Below, piece after piece: positions 16,473-23,721 of a DNA stretch of 34,184 nt. Within the stretch, counting starts at the first letter, position 1. The number at the start of each line of letters is the position of its first letter. The DNA comes from a virus (taxonomy: Duplodnaviria > Caudoviricetes), in IMG/VR virus record IMGVR_UViG_3300031861_000009, positions 1-34,184 of that record; one strand, written 5' to 3'. The position numbers and the translations under genes are program-made. Under the pieces are notes generated by a model. The model saw nothing but the letters and a program-made list of their open reading frames with translations, did no database searches and was not told the DNA's origin.

Positions 16473-17411
16473 ATGACTACGAAAACCATGAGTGACGTTC
16501 AGCTTGCTGTTAGAGCAACTATTGACGAGACATTCACGAGGGAAGTTATCAAAGTGCCGTTGGCAGGACCGGACAACATGCCTAGTCCGCACTATGGATT
16601 ATGTTTCGATGATGCTGAGGGTCGTGATGATTGGATGTCACCCACAGTCAAGAAGGGATACATACCACATACCAAAGAGGATGTATCAATGTTGGCTGAG
16701 ACAGTCGCGGCTGGACTTGACTTGGGGCTTGAGGATGTCCAGATCAGTTGTTTCTTCAAACCTCACAGGGGTCATAGAGTAGCTGTTCAGCCTACAAAGT
16801 CGTATCGAAAAGCATTGTGTTCAAATGAACTTGATACCATGTGGCCCAAGTTCATTATCAATGCTAACTACGGTGGTTCATTCACGGCTCAGTGTGGTAT
16901 GTATCGCGATGCTTGTTCAAACATGCAGATGATGAGAAGGGTTGAACATACGACTGTCCATCTCAGGCACGTTGGTAACTTCCGAGAAAACTTCGACGAT
17001 ACCGTACAGCAATGGCGGTCACTCGCAACGCGGTTTGATTCGATTATGGAAGTGGCTAACAACCTCAAAGAGACGAAGGTACGTGCTGCTGATTTCTACT
17101 CGGCTTTGTACCCCGCTCCGTCTGAGGCAGATACAGTAGCCAAGCACAATCGACACAAGACCAAACTTGAGTCGATGATGGCAAGGTTGTTGAAGGAACG
17201 GGATCAACTATTGGAACCATCGAATGATGTTGTTCGCTGCAATCTGTGGGAACTGGTGAATAGTGTCACTGGATGGGTGCAGCATGACAAACGTAAGACG
17301 AAAGATGGTAACAAATTGTCAGAGGTTGAAAAATCATTCCTCGGTGTTGCTGATCGTGAGTCAGACAAGGCATGGGACTACGCTTTCGACAACTCAATGT
17401 TGAGTGTGTAG
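16473..17411 (+). CDS. DUF932/DUF945-like protein
   Basis: 312 aa; NANYGGS..YRDACSN...HLRHVG and NLWELVNSVTGWVQH match the family's conserved pattern. Confidence 0.7.
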   Translation: MTTKTMSDVQLAVRATIDETFTREVIKVPLAGPDNMPSPHYGLCFDDAEGRDDWMSPTVKKGYIPHTKEDVSMLAETVAAGLDLGLEDVQISCFFKPHRGHRVAVQPTKSYRKALCSNELDTMWPKFIINANYGGSFTAQCGMYRDACSNMQMMRRVEHTTVHLRHVGNFRENFDDTVQQWRSLATRFDSIMEVANNLKETKVRAADFYSALYPAPSEADTVAKHNRHKTKLESMMARLLKERDQLLEPSNDVVRCNLWELVNSVTGWVQHDKRKTKDGNKLSEVEKSFLGVADRESDKAWDYAFDNSMLSV

Positions 17412-17421
17412 TGGACTGAAA

Positions 17422-17501
17422 CCTATGTGAAGCGAAACAGCACGTTCAAGCGTGCTGTCTGCGTAGCTGGTGCTGCGTATTGATGAGACAACCTACATAG
17501 G
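17422..17501 (+). ncRNA. Hammerhead ribozyme, type II, variant core UUGAUGA (HH4); predicted cut after C17459
   Basis: C-GAAA; stem III CAGCACG/CGUGCUG; GUC site; stem I UGCGUAGC/GCUGCGUA; core UUGAUGA (C3U); outer stem CCUAUGUG/UACAUAGG. Confidence 0.7.
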
Positions 17502-17521
17502 ACCAACAATGGAAAATTACA

Positions 17522-17725
17522 ATGACAAACTCCGTAAGAATCAAAATCACAATCACAGAGAATATGCAAACTGCGTTACGCAAGCAATCGTCTGCTACAG
17601 GAGTCACAGTGTCCAAGTACATACGGGACACGTTGTCGTACACGCTCGTAAATGTTGATAACAGTTACTCAGTACAAGAGGACATTCAAGTTGGTAGGCC
17701 AGTAGTACCCAAGGAGCAAGGCTGA
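17522..17725 (+). CDS. Ribbon-helix-helix DNA-binding protein
   Basis: VRIKITIT strand, then helix-G-x-T-VSKYIR helix, the CopG/Arc pattern. Confidence 0.65.
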   Translation: MTNSVRIKITITENMQTALRKQSSATGVTVSKYIRDTLSYTLVNVDNSYSVQEDIQVGRPVVPKEQG

Positions 17726-18189
17726 TGAGATATAAAATAATCCAAGCAGAGTCAATTCATCTATCTGAAATAATGGAGATTGAATATCTGGCTCAAGATT
17801 CATGCTTGAAAAACTTTTTCGGTTGTGAAGGGTCTGAAGAGTCGAGCAATACTGTTTTGATATACAAGGATTCCAAGGATAATGTTCTTGGGTACATCAT
17901 GTATTCATTAGGAGTCGATGACGATGAAAATGAATACTGCCTCATCACTAGGTTAGCTACACATCCTTCATGTTGGCGACGAGGTGTTGCAAGGGCGTTG
18001 GTTGGACAAGTGAAACAAATTGCAAGATGTATATCGTCCAAGAGCATACCGCTGAGACTTGTAGTGAGACTTGATCAAGCTGTTATTGGGTTTGATCATT
18101 GTTTGAGTAGGCTTGGATTTCAATTTGAGAAGTCCGCAGGATGTGTTTCAATTTACTATGTACCGGAGAATGAAAATGACAACGAATGA
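17725..18189 (+). CDS. GNAT-family acetyltransferase (RimI-like)
   Basis: ITRLATHPSCWRRGVARALV acetyl-CoA motif A; RLGF motif B. Confidence 0.75.
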   Translation: MRYKIIQAESIHLSEIMEIEYLAQDSCLKNFFGCEGSEESSNTVLIYKDSKDNVLGYIMYSLGVDDDENEYCLITRLATHPSCWRRGVARALVGQVKQIARCISSKSIPLRLVVRLDQAVIGFDHCLSRLGFQFEKSAGCVSIYYVPENENDNE

Positions 18190-18949
18190 AAATGAAACGA
18201 TCGATGACTACCACATGGACAGAGGATATATTTCATCGTCTGAAATCAAATGCTTTGATCAGGGTGCATCCATGTATGAATACAGGTACATCAGAGGTAA
18301 CAAAGCATATTCAAAATCGTTTGCGTTGGGATCACTTGTTCATGGACTATCGCTTGAGCCAGATATAGTGAGCGATGAATATGTGATTTGCCCTATCAAA
18401 GATCGAAGAACAAAAGCATACAAGGAATGGTTCAACGATTCTGACAAAACCAAGAAGGTTGTTATGCAGTCAGAATGGGATACTGCTTTGGACTGCACGA
18501 ATGCTTTGTATGAGCATAAGATTGCAGAATCAATTTTGACTGAATCAGGCCCAGTTGAATGTTCCTATCGTTTCAGATGGAATGACATACCTTGCAAGTT
18601 TCGTCCTGACAAGATCATTCCGTCTGCACACATTGTTGCAGACATTAAAACTTGTCAAGAGTGTACTCCATCGAAAGTCTATCAAGCTGTTCGAAACTTT
18701 AGTTACGGACTGCAAGCGGCACACTACCTGACCGGTGCTGAAATAGAATTTGAAGATTGGTTTGATTTCATATTTCTGTTCGTTGAAACCAAGCCACCAC
18801 ACAGAGTGCTTTGTTACAGAGTAGATGTTAACAGCATTGAAACTTTGAAAGATCGGTGGGGATTACTCGTGACCGAGCTTTACCAACGCAAGCGTACTGA
18901 TGACTGGACAGATGAAAATAACAATAACCTTTTGACACTGGAGATTTGA
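18176..18949 (+). CDS. RecE/exonuclease VIII-like PD-(D/E)XK nuclease (DUF3799-like)
   Basis: ISSSEIK, LGSLVH, KFRPDK, ADIKT and YGLQAAHY; upstream of recT. Confidence 0.85.
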   Translation: MTTNENETIDDYHMDRGYISSSEIKCFDQGASMYEYRYIRGNKAYSKSFALGSLVHGLSLEPDIVSDEYVICPIKDRRTKAYKEWFNDSDKTKKVVMQSEWDTALDCTNALYEHKIAESILTESGPVECSYRFRWNDIPCKFRPDKIIPSAHIVADIKTCQECTPSKVYQAVRNFSYGLQAAHYLTGAEIEFEDWFDFIFLFVETKPPHRVLCYRVDVNSIETLKDRWGLLVTELYQRKRTDDWTDENNNNLLTLEI

Positions 18950-18950
18950 T

Positions 18951-19745
18951 ATGACTACGAAGCAACTAAGTTTGAAGCAAAATTTAATGAGTGATGCTTT
19001 CAGAAGTAGGATTGACGCGGTGCTACCGAATCACTTGACTTCTGAACGCATGGTCGCAGTTGCATTGACTGCAATTACAAGGACGCCTGATCTTGCAAAG
19101 CCTGATGTTGACCAAGCAACGTTTTTCAAGTCAATGATGATGCTGAGTGAAATGGGATTAGAGCCAGATGGAACTCATGCCCATCTCATTCCGTTCTTCA
19201 ATAGTAGACGTCAGTGCCGCGAGGTGCAGTTGATCGTTGATTACAAGGGTCTTGTTCTACTTGCTGGAAGGGCAGGTTTCACAGTTCAGGCAAGAGTAGT
19301 TTATGAAGGTGATTCGTTTCACTACAACGGCCATGAAGTTATCACTCATGTCCCGCATTATCTCATCGGTGAAGATTCAGGTGACATTCTTGCATTCTAC
19401 TGCAAGGTTGAAGGGTCTAACCCAAATGAAGTAAGCACCCGATACGAGATGATGAGTAATGATGAAGTACAGAGGGTACGGAGTAAGTCCAGAGGTGGTG
19501 ACAGTGGTCCGTGGCGTGATCATTACATTGAGATGGGCAAGAAAACTGTGTTCAGGAGAGCGGCAAAATGGATTCCATTTGAACCGCACATTGGCCGTAG
19601 CATTCAAAGCGATGATGATACTCCATCATTCGCAAAGCCAAAGCCGATGACAGTTGACTCTACCTCTTTCAGGGCTATGCTTACTGAGTCTCATCAGGCA
19701 GAGGATGATGCGTCAGACACTTCTCCGGTGACATCTGACGAGTGA
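18951..19745 (+). CDS. recT: RecT single-strand annealing protein
   Basis: GLEPDG..AHLIPF, QLIVDYKGL and PW..HYIEMGKKTVFRRAAKWIP are RecT signatures. Confidence 0.92.
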   Translation: MTTKQLSLKQNLMSDAFRSRIDAVLPNHLTSERMVAVALTAITRTPDLAKPDVDQATFFKSMMMLSEMGLEPDGTHAHLIPFFNSRRQCREVQLIVDYKGLVLLAGRAGFTVQARVVYEGDSFHYNGHEVITHVPHYLIGEDSGDILAFYCKVEGSNPNEVSTRYEMMSNDEVQRVRSKSRGGDSGPWRDHYIEMGKKTVFRRAAKWIPFEPHIGRSIQSDDDTPSFAKPKPMTVDSTSFRAMLTESHQAEDDASDTSPVTSDE

Positions 19746-19762
19746 TTCCTACATAGCTTGGT

Positions 19763-19803
19763 AGCACCCCTTGAGAGTAAATGCTCAGGGGGTGCTTTTC
19801 TTT
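19763..19803 (+). terminator. Intrinsic terminator after recT
   Basis: 13-bp stem AGCACCCCTTGAG/CTCAGGGGGTGCT followed by a T-rich tail. Confidence 0.8.
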
Positions 19804-19938
19804 AGGTGTCTCTCGGATACCCCCCAGACCCTATCCTGCCCCCTAGATGGCACCTGAAATCAATCGGGATTATTCACGTGCGTGGTTAGCCATGTGTCAG
19901 GCTTATTTGCTCTATGGGCCTACAGGGACTCCACTCCC

Positions 19939-19982
19939 GAGAGGGGAACGGGGGATATGAGAGAGGGGAACGGGGGATATGA
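19939..19982 (+). repeat. Two tandem 22-bp direct repeats GAGAGGGGAACGGGGGATATGA
   Basis: Exact copies at 19939-19960 and 19961-19982 in a non-coding gap. Confidence 0.85.
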
Positions 19983-20323
19983 GCAAAGGGTTGGGGGGTG
20001 TTTACACAAAGCGTATCTGTAATATCTTTTGAGAACCAAGATTCAAATTCGTCCCCTGTAGTCACCGGCTGATAACCGGAGGGGTCGAATTTGAGTTTTG
20101 TTTGTCTCGCTGCCGACATAAATAGCAGCATCCGCGGGCGTCTGACTGCCGCCCGGCCGCAAGGGGCATCCCCCTTCCGTATCTTCTCGCCAAAGAATAG
20201 CAGCACCAATCTCAAACTGTTTGAGTGGGAGTGGACTTTCGAGTGTGACCCGCTTTGTTCTTCAAAGCAAGCTGGACCGTAGGGAATTTCTACACACTGT
20301 GATCTGTTCTTAACAAAACTAAC

Positions 20324-20367
20324 TACCCCATCCCCCTTTGGGGAAAGGGGTATTGGTTTTCTGTTTC
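20324..20367 (+). terminator. Terminator/attenuator-like hairpin
   Basis: TACCCC-AT-CCCC/GGGG-AAA-GGGGTA interrupted stem followed by TTGGTTTTCTGTTT, upstream of ORF 20392. Confidence 0.4.
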
Positions 20368-20391
20368 AAGTTTTCAAAACCGGAGTAAACA

Positions 20392-20703
20392 ATGTCAACT
20401 GCTTGGAAGCGTCACAAGACGCCCTATGTAAAGATGAACCGCAATAGTAGTGTTCGTCCAGAAGATCATCTTAATTTCAGTCCACCTAAACAATTTTCAT
20501 TGAGAGAGTTTGGTTATGGCCCTGAGTCCTGTGAAACATTCAACGCACCGGATGAGATAACAGCCGTAATGATGTTCGCAACGAAATTGAGAAATCAATC
20601 ACCCTATCCTGATCGAACATTGATCATCTTGCGGAAGAAAAACATCGGTGGTCATTGGGTTGTTAGCGATAATTCATCTCCACGATTCATAGGAGTGAAA
20701 TAA
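20392..20703 (+). CDS. Hypothetical protein
   Basis: CCGGAG RBS; 103 aa. Confidence 0.65.
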   Translation: MSTAWKRHKTPYVKMNRNSSVRPEDHLNFSPPKQFSLREFGYGPESCETFNAPDEITAVMMFATKLRNQSPYPDRTLIILRKKNIGGHWVVSDNSSPRFIGVK

Positions 20704-20945
20704 TGACTGACCCCAAAGATTTGAGGATTGCAAAACAGTTATACGCACGCTGGTTTGCTAAACACCCAACAGTAAAGAATCCAACTGACGTCAACACCCG
20801 TGCGAAATATGAATTCACGGTTTCGATTGGTTGGGAAAAACTATCGCTGATGCTGCGGGCAAGAAAAGCAAACACCGAGAAGAATGGGTATCCTTACCCT
20901 TGGACAAAACCAGACTATTGGTTGGGGGTGTTTGACGATGTTTGA
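20703..20945 (+). CDS. Hypothetical protein
   Basis: AGGAG RBS; TAATG coupling with the previous gene. Confidence 0.65.
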   Translation: MTDPKDLRIAKQLYARWFAKHPTVKNPTDVNTRAKYEFTVSIGWEKLSLMLRARKANTEKNGYPYPWTKPDYWLGVFDDV

Positions 20946-21159
20946 TTCAAAGCCTGATGATGACAAACCCGCAGGTGATTACGTTTGCGATACCTGCAAT
21001 GAACCATGCGATCTGATTTTGGAAGATTGCGGAATAGGAACGACCGAATTTTGGGGGTCAGTTGCTACGCATTCAGATTGGCGTTGGGTCTCAGACTGTT
21101 GTTGTGATGATGAAGTTTCAATAAAACCGGAGAATGAAAATGACCAAGGTAACAATTGA
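20938..21159 (+). CDS. Small acidic Zn-ribbon-like protein
   Basis: CDTC...GIGTTEFWG...SDCC; start ATG 20938. Confidence 0.65.
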   Translation: MFDSKPDDDKPAGDYVCDTCNEPCDLILEDCGIGTTEFWGSVATHSDWRWVSDCCCDDEVSIKPENENDQGNN

Positions 21160-21667
21160 TGTTGCTCGTAGAGAACTGTATTCAATATCAAAGTTTTATC
21201 CAACACTAGCAGGTCTTATGGCAAAGCCAGTAAAGGATGGAAGCAATCAGAAGTTCGGAACAGTTTGGACGAAAACAATCGTTGAAGCATCTCTGAACGT
21301 AGATCATTTCTGTAATGTTTGTGATGAATACGCAAGCGGAAGTATCGACATGCCTGATCCAAGCGACAGATTATGCAGAGAGATAATCAAAGAGACAAGA
21401 CGACGAACCAGCGAGGAACAACGCAGGCTTGAGCAGTTTCAAAAGTATCATAACAAGAAGAACGCAGGAGCCATTATGAAGTCTGTACGGGATGATGGAT
21501 TGTACGGTTGGTATTCAATTGAACTTGGTAGGATGTTAAGAGATAAACAACTGACTCAAGAAGAACACGACGAAAAATTCAATCAGATCCGTGACTATGA
21601 TCGAGGTGGTGAACTACCTGACTGGGCAAGACATGACAAAGTTATACGAGAGAACAATTCCATATAA
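21140..21667 (+). CDS. Hypothetical protein (possible replication accessory)
   Basis: CCGGAGA RBS; helical protein directly upstream of the RusA-like gene. Function is a guess from position. Confidence 0.55.
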   Translation: MTKVTIDVARRELYSISKFYPTLAGLMAKPVKDGSNQKFGTVWTKTIVEASLNVDHFCNVCDEYASGSIDMPDPSDRLCREIIKETRRRTSEEQRRLEQFQKYHNKKNAGAIMKSVRDDGLYGWYSIELGRMLRDKQLTQEEHDEKFNQIRDYDRGGELPDWARHDKVIRENNSI

Positions 21668-22031
21668 GCTGAAAAACTACAACGCTGGTCAGCAAAGAGC
21701 GTGGCAGGTTGCTGCCTCTGAACGCAAGCGTATTGAAAAGTGTTTAAGGCAGCATGGATACGAACGAAAACCATTCCAACGTCCTGTGTCTGTTGAAATC
21801 ATACGCAACCTCGGTCCGAGACAAAGATTTTGGGATTGCGATTCAATTCTCCGAGGATCAGCAAAGCAATTGATTGATTCCCTAGTTGAATGTGGGTGGT
21901 TCAAGGATGATAGCCCTGAGTACATTCAACAATGCGTTGGACGCCAAGCGATAGTGGTTTCCGATGATGGAAAACGAAAATCAGCATCAACAACGATATG
22001 TATTTGGTCGAATCCATCTACTTTCAATTGA
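21633..22031 (+). CDS. RusA-like Holliday junction resolvase
   Basis: WDCDS....AKQLIDSLVECGWFKDDS matches the RusA D-x-D-N...K...D...DD catalytic pattern (N replaced by S). Confidence 0.75.
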   Translation: MTKLYERTIPYKLKNYNAGQQRAWQVAASERKRIEKCLRQHGYERKPFQRPVSVEIIRNLGPRQRFWDCDSILRGSAKQLIDSLVECGWFKDDSPEYIQQCVGRQAIVVSDDGKRKSASTTICIWSNPSTFN

Positions 22032-22066
22032 AACGCCCCGCAGCATTCGTTGCGGGGCGTTTTTTT
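22031..22066 (+). terminator. Intrinsic terminator
   Basis: AAACGCCCCGCAGC-ATTC-GTTGCGGGGCGTTT stem with a T7 run. Confidence 0.9.
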
Positions 22067-22131
22067 CGTATACATAGTTCCGCCCTGCGGTCAATGTTCC
22101 TTGAAACTGAAATGAAAAACAGTCACACTAC

Positions 22132-22212
22132 GTTTGAGGTGGGGCGTAAAAAAACAGGCAGACGGTCGTGCCAACTGTAGCCCCACCCTTGGTGCGACCG
22201 CTCTGCTCAAAC
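22132..22212 (+). promoter_or_regulatory. Structured 5' leader (pseudoknot / alternative folds) of the putative late operon
   Basis: GGTGGGGC 22138-45 pairs with GCCCCACC 22180-87 and crosses helix 22158-73/22190-206; closed by GTTTGA/TCAAAC; just upstream of the GAGG RBS. Confidence 0.5.
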
Positions 22213-22225
22213 AACGAGGGATCGT

Positions 22226-22558
22226 ATGCGTTTTTCAACTTTATGTTTGTTAGTTGCTGGGTTGTTAATTGTGTCAATGATTGATACAGGCCCGACAACA
22301 GCAGGTGACTTCAATACAGCCGATGAAGTTTTAGTTATTGAAGAACCAGTAGCTGTTAATGCAGTTCGCACAAGAACGGTAACAGTTCAGCGTGGTAGCA
22401 TTGCAGAAGCAGTCTGTGGACCAAATGGATGTGGAGTACAGGGAGTTTTGAGCCGGGTAGTTTCTCGGCCGAATCAACCAGTTCGTAGTTTTTTGAAACG
22501 ACTACGATCACGTTCATACAGGCGGGATGTTTCTGTGACTCTCGGTTGTAGCAAGTGA
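22226..22558 (+). CDS. Secreted/membrane-anchored protein
   Basis: N-terminal signal-like hydrophobic helix; CGPNGC motif; basic C-terminus (QPVRSFLKR). Confidence 0.7.
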   Translation: MRFSTLCLLVAGLLIVSMIDTGPTTAGDFNTADEVLVIEEPVAVNAVRTRTVTVQRGSIAEAVCGPNGCGVQGVLSRVVSRPNQPVRSFLKRLRSRSYRRDVSVTLGCSK

Positions 22559-22980
22559 TGCGTGATCTTGCTTTGCTGTCAGCGATTGCATTTGTTTTTC
22601 TTTTCGCAAATTCAAGTGGAACAGTCGCTGACAGTCCTGTAGTTTCACGAATCATTTATGTCGTTGATGCTGTTCAATTGCCTGATGCAAAGATTTTGCG
22701 TGGACAGGACATTGCACAAAAGCGAGCTAACTATATGGCTCGTAATAATCGCAAGGGTCATCCACCAAAATCTGCCGGTAATCAATGGTCGATTAAGGGT
22801 GCAAACTTTGAAGGGGTTGGGTGGCGTAGCAATTCTAATGTAGCCAAGAAAACAATTGGCACTTGCCGCCCTTCTGGTAGGTCAGGGTCACAGGATGATA
22901 ACAGTCGATCATTACTTGGTGATGCTGTAGCTCACAGTCGATATGGTTCGTTTCGTGTTCGTATTTGGGGTCGAAAATGA
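22558..22980 (+). CDS. Secreted protein, degenerate CAP/SCP-like
   Basis: Signal peptide; AQKRANYMARNNRKGH...FEGVG...GDAVA. Confidence 0.5.
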   Translation: MRDLALLSAIAFVFLFANSSGTVADSPVVSRIIYVVDAVQLPDAKILRGQDIAQKRANYMARNNRKGHPPKSAGNQWSIKGANFEGVGWRSNSNVAKKTIGTCRPSGRSGSQDDNSRSLLGDAVAHSRYGSFRVRIWGRK

Positions 22981-23345
22981 TTAACAACAAAACATTCCAG
23001 TTCCTCGCTGGTTGCGTGGTGATATTTCTATCATTTCGCTTATGGCAAGAGGGATGGATTGATGGATACCTTGCCGTTGAATCGAATGATGGGTCAGTTG
23101 AAAGTTTGGATCTTGTTGCAATGTTCATATCAGCCGCAGTATCGGCTGTTCAAATGGTCGGTCTTGTTGCTATCGGTATATTCCAACCACTGATTGTTGG
23201 TTTGATAGGACAAATGAAAAGTTTTACGACTACTGGTGACGCATCAGTAACAACGTCTGAGATTGATACCAGTGAACTGAATAGAGTCTTGACAGACATT
23301 GCTACAAGATTGACTAAGTTGGAGTCAACTAGCAATGGCGATTGA
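22977..23345 (+). CDS. Membrane protein (2 TM, holin/spanin-like candidate)
   Basis: Two hydrophobic segments and a C-terminal coiled coil. Confidence 0.55.
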   Translation: MINNKTFQFLAGCVVIFLSFRLWQEGWIDGYLAVESNDGSVESLDLVAMFISAAVSAVQMVGLVAIGIFQPLIVGLIGQMKSFTTTGDASVTTSEIDTSELNRVLTDIATRLTKLESTSNGD

Positions 23346-23721
23346 CATAACGAAACAACGAAGTAGCCAACCAAAATCAATACTGTGGATCATTTGTTTG
23401 GTCGTTGTGGTTTTGTTCGTTGTGAATGCCAGAAATGAACCGACAGTTATCATTGATCCTGTGTCGAAAGATACTGTGTTGATAGTCCCGCCTGTTGGCG
23501 TTGGATCCAGCATGAAGATTGATGAATGGGCGAAGGAAAACAATGTTGAGATTCGTCGGTATCGTGAGGGTGATGATTTGACATTGGCCGAGCCGGACAT
23601 AAGACGATTGTTTGAACTAACGAAGGGCAAGCAGCCATGTGCCATAACATCAATTGATGGACAGGTGAAAATCATTCCAATCAATGACGACTTGTTGAAG
23701 AAGTTGGAGTCATTGAAATGA
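23335..23721 (+). CDS. Single-TM membrane protein
   Basis: ILWIICLVVVVLFVV anchor; directly upstream of the peptidase. Confidence 0.6.
   Translation: MAIDITKQRSSQPKSILWIICLVVVVLFVVNARNEPTVIIDPVSKDTVLIVPPVGVGSSMKIDEWAKENNVEIRRYREGDDLTLAEPDIRRLFELTKGKQPCAITSIDGQVKIIPINDDLLKKLESLK

Noticed and set aside
17470-17658. 62-aa ORF starting at GTG 17470
   Set aside because: Starts inside HH4 and overlaps the better-supported RHH gene.
19877-19900. Pistol ribozyme (CGTGGTTAG start resembles known examples)
   Set aside because: Loop too short, and no downstream AAAUA, pseudoknot or P3 elements.
19886-20282. ORFs 19886..20215 (-) and 20091..20282 (+) as a replication initiator
   Set aside because: Low-complexity translations of repeats and hairpins, no RBS and no HTH or initiator motifs.
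22132-22212. HDV-like/theta ribozyme
   Set aside because: Pseudoknot order is similar but P3/L3, P1.1, P4 and the catalytic J4/2 C are missing.
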